This document shows, piece after piece, positions 19,878-29,183 of a DNA stretch of 64,000 bases (its first letter is position 1; each line of letters begins with the position of its first letter). Below the pieces are notes generated by a model. The model was not told where the DNA came from. It made no database searches and saw nothing but the letters and a program-made list of their open reading frames with translations. The stretch comes from Bacillota bacterium. GTDB taxonomy: Bacteria > Bacillota > Sulfobacillia > JAJZYS01 > JAJYTV01. The translations under genes were made by a program, and so were the position numbers. The stretch lies in contig JAJYTE010000001.1 of assembly GCA_021793215.1 (NCBI GenBank), forward strand, positions 18,329 to 82,328. Reading direction: 5' to 3'.

Positions 19878-20641
19878 CGCTTCACCTGTTTCTCTCGTAG
19901 GGATGCCGGCAGAGAGCGCAGGTCCATCGGGACGACGTGTTCATCGTTGATATACGTTACCACAACGAACATCTGGTACGGCCCGAGGTCGGAGTTCGTC
20001 GCCAGGAGCACCTTCGCCACCAGCAGCCTATTCGCGTTGCCGGTGATGTCCGGAAGGTACTGGATCAGGTCCTGCACGACGGCCACGGCGGCCTTCGGCC
20101 GTGCCATGGCGCCCGGCCAGCCGAGGTCCGCGAGCGCCTGGTCGGGCGTCAGCTCGGGAGGCCAGCCCGGTGCCTCCTGCGCAAGGGTCGTCACGATGTC
20201 GCTGACCATTCCCGCGTCCAGCACGAGGTAGCCCGTGAGCTTCACCCGCATCTCCGCCGAGACATCCTGGGCGATCGTCTGCGCGCTCGCGGTCGGCGCG
20301 ACCTCGGCGAGCGTGCCCTCGGGCGTGTTGAGGGTACCCGGAACGGGGACCATGCCGATCGTCCGCTGCTGCGGATTGATCACGGCGATGAATGCCGCGA
20401 GGCCGGGCCCGACGGGATCCTGCGGCGTCCCGCGAACCGCGAAGAGCACCGCCTGCGGCTTCGCGATCGTAGGATCCGTGCGCTTCGGCGCACTTCCCGA
20501 GCGGACCACCACCGCTGCGCCGATGACGGCAAGGGCGGCAAGGGAAAGCACCAAGCGTCGGCTGACCGTCGCGGGGGTCAGTCGGCCGCGGGGGTTCGAT
20601 CCGAGTTCCTTGCGCGCCACGCTGAGACACCACATCCTCAT
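19874..20641 (-). CDS. Membrane-anchored hypothetical protein (weak LCP-like features)
   Basis: N-terminal TM helix and VINPQQRTIGMVPVP segment. Overlaps the mannosyltransferase start. Start uncertain. Confidence 0.55.
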   Translation of the reverse strand: MRMWCLSVARKELGSNPRGRLTPATVSRRLVLSLAALAVIGAAVVVRSGSAPKRTDPTIAKPQAVLFAVRGTPQDPVGPGLAAFIAVINPQQRTIGMVPVPGTLNTPEGTLAEVAPTASAQTIAQDVSAEMRVKLTGYLVLDAGMVSDIVTTLAQEAPGWPPELTPDQALADLGWPGAMARPKAAVAVVQDLIQYLPDITGNANRLLVAKVLLATNSDLGPYQMFVVVTYINDEHVVPMDLRSLPASLREKQVKR

Positions 20642-20802
20642 GTCAGAAGGCCGCGCCGCTCCGCTTGAGCAGAGTTGATACGGCGATGCCACGGCAAGTA
20701 CTTCTCCGGCCCGCAGACACTTCCTGGGCCTGGTTGACGAGGGGAAGATGAGAGAACGCCGTCGCGGTCATAAACGCCCTTGTCGCGAGGGATCCTCTGA
20801 CC

Positions 20803-21936
20803 ATGAAGCGACGACTGGCTCTCATTCTATCGCTCCTGGCCTTCATCGTCCCTTCCTGGCCCGCGGCCCAGTCCGCTACCCCACTAACGGCGCCCGAGCA
20901 GGAGGTGAAGGACGCGCTGCACGGACTCTTGCAGCGTCAGGACGCCGCGGCGCTCGGAGCGGACGAGAGGAGTCTGCCACCGATCTACACGCGCCAGGGC
21001 AGCGGGGATGCCCACCGCCACATGCTGGCGCGAAAGGGGTTCCTGCGCGCGTGGCAGTCCGCGCGCCGCTTGAAGATCGAGGGAGCCCGCGTGGACCTGC
21101 GCACGCCCGGCGTGAAGTTCCATGGAGCGGACGAAGTTCGCATCTCCGCCGTTGTCTCGGAAGAATTCCAGTACAAGGAAGCCGGCGTCGACGGAGTCCC
21201 GGAGGCGTTCGGCGTCGGTACGCGGCGGTGGTATGTGCTGCGCCGGGAGGACGGGCACTGGCGGATCCGCGCGGAGGAGTACACCGACCCGCTCGACCAG
21301 GACACGCGGATCCCCGGGGAGGTGCTCCCGGAGACTGGCGCCAGGCCCGCGCTCAGCGCGCCGGTACAGCCCTCGCCGCGACCCACTGCCGCGCCGGCCG
21401 TCGAGTACGCGGACGCCTACTGCGGCGCCGCGACCGGCTGCGGCAACGGAGGTCACTACAACCCGCGCTACAACGACTTCAACGGCGAGGGCGGCGACTG
21501 CACGAACTTTATCTCCCAGAGCCTGCGCGCGGGAGGCTTTCGACCCTCGGGCGAATGGGCCTGGCACGCTGCGAAGAGCGACGGCACGCGAGCCTGGTCG
21601 AACGCCGAGGGGCTCTACTACTACCTCACCGGAAGCGGCCGCGGCCATCTCGTCGCCAGCGGAACATACTCCGCCTTGGCGCGGGCGGATGATGTCCACG
21701 CGTCGCCGATCTCACGGGTGAGACCTGGGGACGTGATCGCCTACCGCGAGCGAGGGAAAATCGTCCACCTCGCGATCGCCACCGCGCGGAGCGCGGGCGG
21801 CTACCTGCTCGTGAACTCGCACACCGCCGATCGGTACCACGTGCCGTGGGACATCGGCTGGGACCGGAGCACGCGCTTCCTGCTGGTTCACCTGAACTAC
21901 CCCGGCGAGCGGCGCACCGCGGTCACTCCCGGCTGA
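20803..21936 (+). CDS. Secreted putative amidase (Amidase_6/YhbB-like)
   Basis: Signal peptide; AVEYADAY, YNPRY, GGDCTNFISQSLRAGG, PGDVIAY, H, VNSHT. Confidence 0.85.
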   Translation: MKRRLALILSLLAFIVPSWPAAQSATPLTAPEQEVKDALHGLLQRQDAAALGADERSLPPIYTRQGSGDAHRHMLARKGFLRAWQSARRLKIEGARVDLRTPGVKFHGADEVRISAVVSEEFQYKEAGVDGVPEAFGVGTRRWYVLRREDGHWRIRAEEYTDPLDQDTRIPGEVLPETGARPALSAPVQPSPRPTAAPAVEYADAYCGAATGCGNGGHYNPRYNDFNGEGGDCTNFISQSLRAGGFRPSGEWAWHAAKSDGTRAWSNAEGLYYYLTGSGRGHLVASGTYSALARADDVHASPISRVRPGDVIAYRERGKIVHLAIATARSAGGYLLVNSHTADRYHVPWDIGWDRSTRFLLVHLNYPGERRTAVTPG

Positions 21937-23182
21937 ACGAGACCGCTTCGCCGAGCAGGGTCGTGCGCGCCGCGGTCGTCTCGGCGACCACTCGCCCGCC
22001 CTTGACGACGAGCGTCGTCGCCGCGAGACGTCGGATCGCGTCCCACTTGTCCTCGGCGTCCACGATGATGAAGTCCGCAGGCTGCCCGACGGCGAGACCG
22101 TAGCGCTCCTCGATGCCCAACGTGCGCGCGGCGTTGGTCGTCACCATGTCGTAGCACGCCATCACCTCGGACCGCCCGGTCATCTGGCAGGCGTGCACGG
22201 CCATGTGCGCCGGTTGCAGCATGTTCCCGGTGCCGAGCGAGTACCAGGGGTCCATGACGTCGTCGTAGCCCAGGCTGACGTTCAGCCCGTTCTGCCACAG
22301 CTCCTTGACGCGCGTCAGTCCGCGCCGCTTCGGGTAGGTGTCCATGCGCCCCTGGAGCGTGATGTTCACCAGTGGGTTCGCGACGAAGTTGATCTGGGCG
22401 CGGCGCAGAAAGCCCATCAGCTTGAAGGCGTAGGCGTCGTCGTAGCTGCCGAAGGCGGTCGTGTGGCTGGCGGTGACGCGGCTTCCAAGGCCCTGACGGA
22501 TCGCCTCGGCGGCCATCTCCTCGAGGAAGCGGGACTGGGGGTCGTCCGTCTCGTCGCAGTGGGCGTCGATCGGTCGGTCGTACTGCGCGGCAAGCCGGAA
22601 CGCGACCTTCACCGACTCCGCGCCGAGGTCTCGGGTGAGCTCGTAGTGCGGGATGGCGCCGACGACGTCGACGCCCATGCGCAGCGCTTCCTCCAGAAGC
22701 TCCACGCCGTTCGGGTACGAGAGGAGTCCCTCCTGCGGGAACGCGACCAGCTGGACGTCCACGAGGTCCTTGAGCGTTTCCCGCACTTCAAGGAGGGCTT
22801 TCACGGCCGTGAGGTTCGGGTCCGTGGTGTCGACGTGCGAGCGAACGTGCAGGACGCCCTGCGCCGCGTGCCAACGGAGCAGGCGCGTCGCGCGCCGCAT
22901 CACGTCCTCACGCGTGAGGCTGGCCTTGCGAAGCGCCCAGGTCTCGATTCCCTCGAACAGCGTCCCGCTCTCGTTCCACTTCGGCTCGCCGGCCGTCAGG
23001 GTCGTGTCGAGGTGGATATGGGATTCGATGAACGGTGCGGAGGCCATGCGGCCCTCCGCCGACACCTCCCTGGCGCCAGCCTCGGGGATTTCGGGTGCGA
23101 TGGCCGCGATCCGGCCGCCCTGCACCCCGATGTCGCAACGCTCGTCCGCAATCCGCGCTCGCCGCACGATCAGGTCGTACAT
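21923..23182 (-). CDS. codA: Cytosine deaminase (amidohydrolase type)
   Basis: ESHIHLD, WNESGTLFEGI, AFPQEG, HCDETDD, SHTTA, DDVMDPWYSLG. Confidence 0.92.
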   Translation of the reverse strand: MYDLIVRRARIADERCDIGVQGGRIAAIAPEIPEAGAREVSAEGRMASAPFIESHIHLDTTLTAGEPKWNESGTLFEGIETWALRKASLTREDVMRRATRLLRWHAAQGVLHVRSHVDTTDPNLTAVKALLEVRETLKDLVDVQLVAFPQEGLLSYPNGVELLEEALRMGVDVVGAIPHYELTRDLGAESVKVAFRLAAQYDRPIDAHCDETDDPQSRFLEEMAAEAIRQGLGSRVTASHTTAFGSYDDAYAFKLMGFLRRAQINFVANPLVNITLQGRMDTYPKRRGLTRVKELWQNGLNVSLGYDDVMDPWYSLGTGNMLQPAHMAVHACQMTGRSEVMACYDMVTTNAARTLGIEERYGLAVGQPADFIIVDAEDKWDAIRRLAATTLVVKGGRVVAETTAARTTLLGEAVSFSRE

Positions 23183-23316
23183 GCTCGGACGCCTCCGTTC
23201 GCTCTGCCGCCGAGAACTTCTCGCAGCGAGGGAGACAATCCTACCTGCATGGCGCCTACCGTCGGATCGCGTCGAAGCGCGCCGGGAGGACCGGCGTGCC
23301 GGTCCTCCCACGGTCC

Positions 23317-23631
23317 CTAAAACCGATTGGAACCCGTGTTCGGCGGGTCGGACACCCCGCCGTTCTGCGGGAAGGGAGTGCCGTTCGCCTGGCGCACGAG
23401 GCCCGGGATCAAGAGGGCGTCCAAAAGCCACCACAGGCCGACCGCGATCAGCATGGCGAAGCCGATGAGGACGCCGGTCGTGGCGTAGCCGACGACGGTC
23501 AGGATGAGCATCAGGGCACCGGAACCGAAGCGGCGCAGGTAGAAGCGGTGGATGCCGAACCCGCCGAGCAGAAGCCATAGTACGTACGCCAGCAGCGTGC
23601 TCTTCGGCGGCGACGCGTGCCGATGGGACAT
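23317..23631 (-). CDS. TM2-domain membrane protein
   Basis: KSTLLAYVLWLLLGGFGIHRFYL...WWLLDALLIP; GGAGG-like SD. Confidence 0.85.
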   Translation of the reverse strand: MSHRHASPPKSTLLAYVLWLLLGGFGIHRFYLRRFGSGALMLILTVVGYATTGVLIGFAMLIAVGLWWLLDALLIPGLVRQANGTPFPQNGGVSDPPNTGSNRF

Positions 23632-23663
23632 GAGACCACCTCTCGTTAGGCCGAGCCGCGTCG

Positions 23664-24032
23664 TCAGGTCAAATCGCGGTTTGCGGCCGGCAGTGCGGGA
23701 AGGGCACGCAGGATGCGCGCAGGGTCGATCGGCCGGGCCAACTGAAGCCACCTGCGCCACACCGCCGAGATCGGGAGTCCCTGCGGCGGCTGGGGTGGGA
23801 TGCCCCAGTGCAGGAGCGTGCGCCCGCCGTGCCCGTGGATCCGCTCCACCTGTGCGACCGACGCGAAGACGGTAACCGTCTTCCAGCGCGAGCACCACTC
23901 GAGGACTGCCTTGCCAGACGGCAGGACGACACCGACTGCGACGATGCCGGTGCCGCTCACGCCGGACGCGTCGACGATGCGATAGAGGTAGAACGGCTGG
24001 ATTCCGGATCGGGGTCTGCCCAATGCCCACAT
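23664..24032 (-). CDS. Conserved hypothetical protein (DxSGVSGTG...IHGHGG family)
   Basis: FYLYRIVDASGVSGTGIVAVGV...W...IHGHGGRT. SD GGAGG upstream. Confidence 0.7.
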   Translation of the reverse strand: MWALGRPRSGIQPFYLYRIVDASGVSGTGIVAVGVVLPSGKAVLEWCSRWKTVTVFASVAQVERIHGHGGRTLLHWGIPPQPPQGLPISAVWRRWLQLARPIDPARILRALPALPAANRDLT

Positions 24033-24164
24033 GTCGTTGCCTCCCGCCTGCGTGATCGCCTGCTTTAGACTACGCGGCGCGGATGGGCGGTGTCCCGATG
24101 CGGCTAAGTGGGCCCTTGCGCGAAGAGGCCGCGCCAGCGGCGCGGCCTCTCGCAGGGTGCGTCT

Positions 24165-24797
24165 TCAGTTGGCTGCGGGCGGGTTCGTCGCCGCGCCAGC
24201 GTGGCCGGTTCGGGTCACCAGCTGCTGCACGAGCTGCGGGAGTTTGGCCCCGCGGGTCTGCGCCTGTTGCTGCGTCAGGCGCCCGGCAGTCACTGCCTCG
24301 TGCAGGGAGCTCTCGAGGGCTGAGGTGATCGCCGCCTCGAGGCCCTGCACGGTCTTGCCGGACGTCGCCGCGGCGACGTCCGAGAGGGACTTGCCGCCGC
24401 GCAGGTCCGAGCGCAACTGCTGCGGTGTCACACCGAGGTACGTCGCCGCGGCCGAAACCGCTGCGCGACTGCCCGGACGCATGCGGAAGCCCAAGCCAAG
24501 CCGACCGAAGCCAGGGCCGAGCTTGCCGGAGTTGATCCGGGCCTCGATCTTCGTCGCCTGGGCGGACGTGAGCTTGCCGGACTTCACGGCCTGCTGCACT
24601 CGGTCGACTTCCGCCTGCTGCAAGGCGCCTTGCAGGGTGCTCGTCGAGATGCCGAGATGGCTCGCCACATCGGCGATGAACGCCGTACCGGGCGAGGTGC
24701 CGCTCGACGAACCAGATGCGGCGAAGGCCGCCGCGCCGCCTCCGAGCAGCAGCGGCAGCGCGATCAGCGCGCCCACCACGAGATGTCTCTTGCGCAT
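24165..24797 (-). CDS. Secreted helical repeat protein
   Basis: Signal peptide ending AFA; two repeats (A..LG...L / AV..G.LT..QA); SD AAGGAGG. Confidence 0.75.
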   Translation of the reverse strand: MRKRHLVVGALIALPLLLGGGAAAFAASGSSSGTSPGTAFIADVASHLGISTSTLQGALQQAEVDRVQQAVKSGKLTSAQATKIEARINSGKLGPGFGRLGLGFRMRPGSRAAVSAAATYLGVTPQQLRSDLRGGKSLSDVAAATSGKTVQGLEAAITSALESSLHEAVTAGRLTQQQAQTRGAKLPQLVQQLVTRTGHAGAATNPPAAN

Positions 24798-24868
24798 TCT
24801 CGGGATGCCTCCTTCCGATCGGATTGCCTCCGATCGTCTGGAGTATCGCCGCGAAGGCTTGGAGCAGC

Positions 24869-24895
24869 CTTCAGCGACCCTTAAGTCCTTCTAAG
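24869..24895 (-). promoter_or_regulatory. Phased direct repeats, probable OmpR-family binding site
   Basis: Minus strand CTTAGA-N4-CTTAAG-N5-CTGAAG, followed 21 nt later by GATACT (-10-like). Confidence 0.5.
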
Positions 24896-26144
24896 CTTCC
24901 GGCGCGGCGAGTGGCCAGCGGGCGCGAACCTCGGTACCACCGCCGGGCGTGCTCTCGAGCTCGACGCGGCCCCCGCGTGACTCGACGAGCACCCTGACGA
25001 GCGAGAGTCCGAGTCCGAGTCCTTGGCTCTTCGGCCCGCGGTAGAAACGATCGAACACGTGTTCGCGGTGCTCGGAATCGATGCCGGCGCCGAAATCCTT
25101 GACGCTCGCCCAGCCGAAGCCATCCACCGCGCCCGCCGAGAGCACGACGCTCGTGCCCTCGGGGTTATGGCGCTCTGCGTTGTCGACGAGCAGCGAGAGC
25201 ACCTGGAATACCTCCTGCGGCGGTGCGGCAACCTGCAGCGCTTCGGGCGTCGCGCCGAGTTCGTGCGAGCGCGCGGCGCGGCGCACTGCCTGGACGAGGT
25301 CGGCCTGCGTCGATCCGCCCTCGCTGTCCTGCGCGAGGCGCGCCGCCATGCGCTGCGCTTCGCGGCGCGCCAGCGTCGCCGCCTCCGCCCCCCCCGCCGC
25401 GTCGAGCTGCCCACCCTCGATCAGCTCGAGGGCACCGAGCACCGTCGAGAGCGGGGTGCGCAAGTCGTGCAGCGTTCCTTCGCGCAGGGCGCGCTCGCGC
25501 GCTTCGGCCGCCTCCATCGCGCGGAACGTGCTGCGCAGGGTGGATAGCATGTGCGCCAACGCCGTGCCGAGTTCATGGATCTCCTGAATCTGCGCCTCCT
25601 GCGGCAAGTCCTCCTCAAGGTCTCCCGTATCGGCGATGCGCCCGGCTGCGTGCGCGAGCAGCGTCAGCGGTCGCGCGATGCGCTGCGACAACCGCCACGC
25701 CACGAAGAGCGCCAGCGCGAGCGCGAGCAGCGTCAGCACGCTGAGGGCGTCCTCGAGCAGACGCACGGGAGCTCTGACCTGCGCGAGCGAGACGCTCGTG
25801 AAGAACGTCTGGCCGTTCGGCAGAAGCTGCGCGAAGCCAAGTGTCTTCGGGTGTGTGCTGAAGCCCAGCGGCGGTGCGCTCGCGGGTGCGCCTCCTGTCC
25901 GTGCCAGGAGCCGTCCCGACGGCGCGTAGACGGCAATCTGCTCGCTCACCGGGAGGCGCGCCGGAAGCATGCCGCGGCGCATGTAGAAGTTTGCGGTCTG
26001 CGTGGCCGATGCGTAGAGGTTCGCCGACAGGTTGCGCTCCAGCATGTAGCGCAGGAAGACGACGGCGCCGATGTCGGCGAGGAGGAGGGCCACACCGACG
26101 ACCGTGGCGATCGCCCAGCCGAGGGTCCGGCTAAGCTTGGGCAT
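24891..26144 (-). CDS. HAMP-containing sensor histidine kinase
   Basis: Two TMs, HAMP, HDLRTPL, DNA..H, DFGAGI, FDRFYRG, GLGLGL. Confidence 0.92.
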   Translation of the reverse strand: MPKLSRTLGWAIATVVGVALLLADIGAVVFLRYMLERNLSANLYASATQTANFYMRRGMLPARLPVSEQIAVYAPSGRLLARTGGAPASAPPLGFSTHPKTLGFAQLLPNGQTFFTSVSLAQVRAPVRLLEDALSVLTLLALALALFVAWRLSQRIARPLTLLAHAAGRIADTGDLEEDLPQEAQIQEIHELGTALAHMLSTLRSTFRAMEAAEARERALREGTLHDLRTPLSTVLGALELIEGGQLDAAGGAEAATLARREAQRMAARLAQDSEGGSTQADLVQAVRRAARSHELGATPEALQVAAPPQEVFQVLSLLVDNAERHNPEGTSVVLSAGAVDGFGWASVKDFGAGIDSEHREHVFDRFYRGPKSQGLGLGLSLVRVLVESRGGRVELESTPGGGTEVRARWPLAAPEA

Positions 26145-26814
26145 CGCCGGACTCTTCGTTGCGCAGCGCGTAGCCGAACCCGCGCACGGTGTGGATGACG
26201 CGCGGCCCAAACGCCTCGAGCTTTCGGCGCAAGTAGCTGACGTAGACGTCCAGGACTCCGTTCGTCACCTCCGCGTCGTAGCCCCAGACCCTATCGAGGA
26301 TCTGCTCGCGCGTTACGACGCGCCCCTGGTTGCGCAGAAAGTAGCAGAGCAGATCGTACTCGCGCCGCGTGAGGTCGAGGGGGTGGCCGCCGCGCAGCGC
26401 GAGCTGGCGCTCGAGGTGGACCTCGACATCGGCGAAGGAGAGCACGGGCAGGCGCTCCTCTCCGGTCCTGCGGGCGACGGCGCGCAGGCGCGCGACCAGC
26501 TCCTCGAAGGCGAACGGCTTCGGGATGTAGTCGTCGGCGCCCAGTTCGAAGCCGTGCACGCGATCGGACACGTCGCCGCGCGCGGTGAGCATCACCACGA
26601 GGAGCCCGCGGTCCTTCAGCCGCGGGCAGAGCGCGAAGCCGGAACCGTCGGGCAGGTTCACGTCGACGAGCGCGAGGCGGAAGGCACTGCGCTGGGAAGC
26701 CGCGATCGCATCTGCGACCGTCGTCGCGACGTCCACCTCGAACCCTTCCGCAGCTAGGCCGAGCCGCAGCGTGGCACCGAGCGACGGGTCGTCCTCCACG
26801 ACGAGCACGCGCAC
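26131..26814 (-). CDS. OmpR/PhoB-family response regulator
   Basis: VLVVEDD, D..LP, GADDYIPKPF, LTRREYDLL, IHTVRGFGY. Confidence 0.95.
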   Translation of the reverse strand: MRVLVVEDDPSLGATLRLGLAAEGFEVDVATTVADAIAASQRSAFRLALVDVNLPDGSGFALCPRLKDRGLLVVMLTARGDVSDRVHGFELGADDYIPKPFAFEELVARLRAVARRTGEERLPVLSFADVEVHLERQLALRGGHPLDLTRREYDLLCYFLRNQGRVVTREQILDRVWGYDAEVTNGVLDVYVSYLRRKLEAFGPRVIHTVRGFGYALRNEESGDAQA

Positions 26815-26944
26815 CCCAGCACCGCCTCCCGTAAATCGCTACTGCGGCAGGTTCCGGGACGGGCCCGCGACTTCCTGCTGCTACCTGCAAAGGATTCCCG
26901 CGCTGCGCGGCGCTACGCCCCGCGCTGAAGTCGCGCGGATCGCA

Positions 26945-29038
26945 TCAGGGGTAGGAGTCGGGCGAGCCCAGTACCCAGAGCCCTCGGCCGTACGTTGCGG
27001 CGAGGATGCTGCCGTCGGGCATCGGCGTCAGTCCGGCCACCTCGACGTTCGGCAGGCCCTTGCCGAGCTTGCGCCAGACGGCGTTCGCGGCGGGGCTGTA
27101 GTACACGGCGCGGCCGGTGGCGGCGTAGAGGCCGCCGCCGTTCGCCAAGAGGTCGTTCACCGCGAACTTCGGCAGGTTCCCGGAGATGTCGACCCACGAT
27201 GGCCAGGATGCCCCGGCGGACGGCGTCTCCATGACGAACGGGCAGTCCGGCAGCGACTGCGGGTAGGCGTAGGCGAGGGACACGAAGACGCGGTACGGGT
27301 TCGTTGTGGCGACGCTGATCGCGGTGATGTAGTCGTCGGGCAGCGCGCCCGCTCCTGGCGGGCAGGCGGTCGGCCAAGTCGAGGGGCCGATGTCCTGCCA
27401 CGTGTGTCCACCGTTTTGCGACATCTCGAGCAGTCCATCGCCCCAGCCCGCGTACATCACTTCGGGGTCCGACGGCGCAACCGCGATCGCGGAGAGCGGA
27501 CCCGATCCGCGCGCGACGTGCGTCAACTGCTGCCAGCGGAGACCACGGTCCAGGGAACGCCAGACGTTTTGCTCGCCGAGCAGCACGTCGCCCGGCGCCA
27601 AGGGGTCCGCTGCGATCGGGCCGGCGAGGTGTCCTGGCACCTTCGAGGCGCGCCAATGCGCGCCGAAGTCGACCGAGCGCTGCACTTGTCCGTCCACCTC
27701 GCCGAGCAGCGCGACCTTCTTGCCGGGCAGGATCAGGTTGAAGTAGCCGTCGCCGTCGATCATCGACCGCCACGCGGCGGTGCGGGTGGTGAAGAGCGCC
27801 GTGCCGTTGTCCTGGAACCCCGCCAGGATGCTGCGGCCGTCCCGCGATACGGAGACCCCTTGGTAGACCTGGGTGATCGAGAGGTTGGTGTTGAGGTCCT
27901 GCACCCCGCCGCCCGGCGGGACCGCGTAGACTCCGCCGTCGTTGCCGATGTAGAGCGTGCCCTGGGAGAAGGTGAGGGCGTGCTGGTCGGTGTGCAGGTA
28001 GTAGTGGTCGGTGAGGTCTTGCCACGTCTTCCCGCCGTTCGCGGAGGCGACGAGATCGACGCCGCCGGCGAAGACGACGTTCGGGTCGGTCGGGGAGACG
28101 GCCAGCACGTTGTCGTAATCACCCTGCGCCGCGATCGGAGTGCCCGGCTCGCGGAAGTAGTCCTTCACCCGCAGCTTTCGCCAGGACGCGCCCCCGTCGC
28201 GGCTCGCGTAGAGCCCGAGCAGGCAGTCCTGGCAGCCCTGACGCAGTCCGGCGTAGGCCGTGTAGAGAACCTTGGGGTCGCTCGGTGCGACGGCGATCGC
28301 GACCCGACCGATCAGGGAACCTTGGCTGGGCAACCCGCCCCCGAGCCGATGCCAGGTTCGCCCACCGTCGAGCGAGCGCTCCACGCCCGTCCCCGTCACC
28401 CCTGCCAGCAGCGCCTCGGGCTTGCCCGGCACGAACTTGAGGTCGGTCGTCGGCTCGCGCAGCACTGTGCGCCAGTGCACTCCACCGTCGTCGGAGCGCA
28501 CGACGCCGAGATCGCCCGCGGCGAAGATCCGGTTCGGATCCGCCGGGTCGACGACGATGCTCGCGAGGTAGTGGCCCTCGAAGGTGTGGCGGCCCAAGAG
28601 CCGCCAGGTGGCGCCGGCGTCCGAGGACTTCAGCACGCCCATGCTGTAGAAGCAGTCCCCGCAGTCGTCGTCCTCCCCGGTGGCGGCGTAGATCACGCTC
28701 GGATTGGCAGGGTCGAGCGCCAGGGCGCCGATCGCGAGATCGGGCGCACTGTCGGTGAGTGGACGCCAGGTGCGTCCCGACGTCGTGGACGACCAGACGC
28801 CGCCGCTCGCCGAACCGGCGTAGATCGTGCCGTTCGGTGCCACTGCGATGCTCGTCACCCTGCCGCTCTCACGGCCGGAGTAGGGGTCCCCGAACACCGG
28901 GGCCGGTCCGATCGAGCGCCACGCGCCGGACACTGCCAGCGCGCGGTGGGCCTGGGGAGCGGAAGGGAGCGACGCCGCGACCGCGATCGCCGCGCAGCCA
29001 AGCGCGGCAAGCCAGGAAACCGCACGTCGACGGTCCAG
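26945..29038 (-). CDS. Secreted BNR/Asp-box beta-propeller protein (VPS10/sialidase-like)
   Basis: Signal peptide; repeated S.DGG.TW boxes, SGRV..IA, YAATGE, H.DQH, IGNDGG, ATYGRGLW. Start uncertain (CTG after AAGGAGG). Confidence 0.82.
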   Translation of the reverse strand: MDRRRAVSWLAALGCAAIAVAASLPSAPQAHRALAVSGAWRSIGPAPVFGDPYSGRESGRVTSIAVAPNGTIYAGSASGGVWSSTTSGRTWRPLTDSAPDLAIGALALDPANPSVIYAATGEDDDCGDCFYSMGVLKSSDAGATWRLLGRHTFEGHYLASIVVDPADPNRIFAAGDLGVVRSDDGGVHWRTVLREPTTDLKFVPGKPEALLAGVTGTGVERSLDGGRTWHRLGGGLPSQGSLIGRVAIAVAPSDPKVLYTAYAGLRQGCQDCLLGLYASRDGGASWRKLRVKDYFREPGTPIAAQGDYDNVLAVSPTDPNVVFAGGVDLVASANGGKTWQDLTDHYYLHTDQHALTFSQGTLYIGNDGGVYAVPPGGGVQDLNTNLSITQVYQGVSVSRDGRSILAGFQDNGTALFTTRTAAWRSMIDGDGYFNLILPGKKVALLGEVDGQVQRSVDFGAHWRASKVPGHLAGPIAADPLAPGDVLLGEQNVWRSLDRGLRWQQLTHVARGSGPLSAIAVAPSDPEVMYAGWGDGLLEMSQNGGHTWQDIGPSTWPTACPPGAGALPDDYITAISVATTNPYRVFVSLAYAYPQSLPDCPFVMETPSAGASWPSWVDISGNLPKFAVNDLLANGGGLYAATGRAVYYSPAANAVWRKLGKGLPNVEVAGLTPMPDGSILAATYGRGLWVLGSPDSYP

Positions 29039-29183
29039 TACGACGCCCCCTCCTTTCGACAGCAACTGCTGCACGCGACTTCTCCTCGCGTGCGGACGCT
29101 TCCTGCGGCGCATGGTGCGTTCGCGCGCGGCAGGAATCGCTCCGCATCGCCATGAACCGCTCGCGGCGAAGGAGCGGTGCCGC

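Noticed and set aside
26585-29155. 856-aa plus-strand ORF
   Set aside because: Antisense to the beta-propeller gene; Arg/Gly/Val-rich with no motifs, a typical high-GC artefact.
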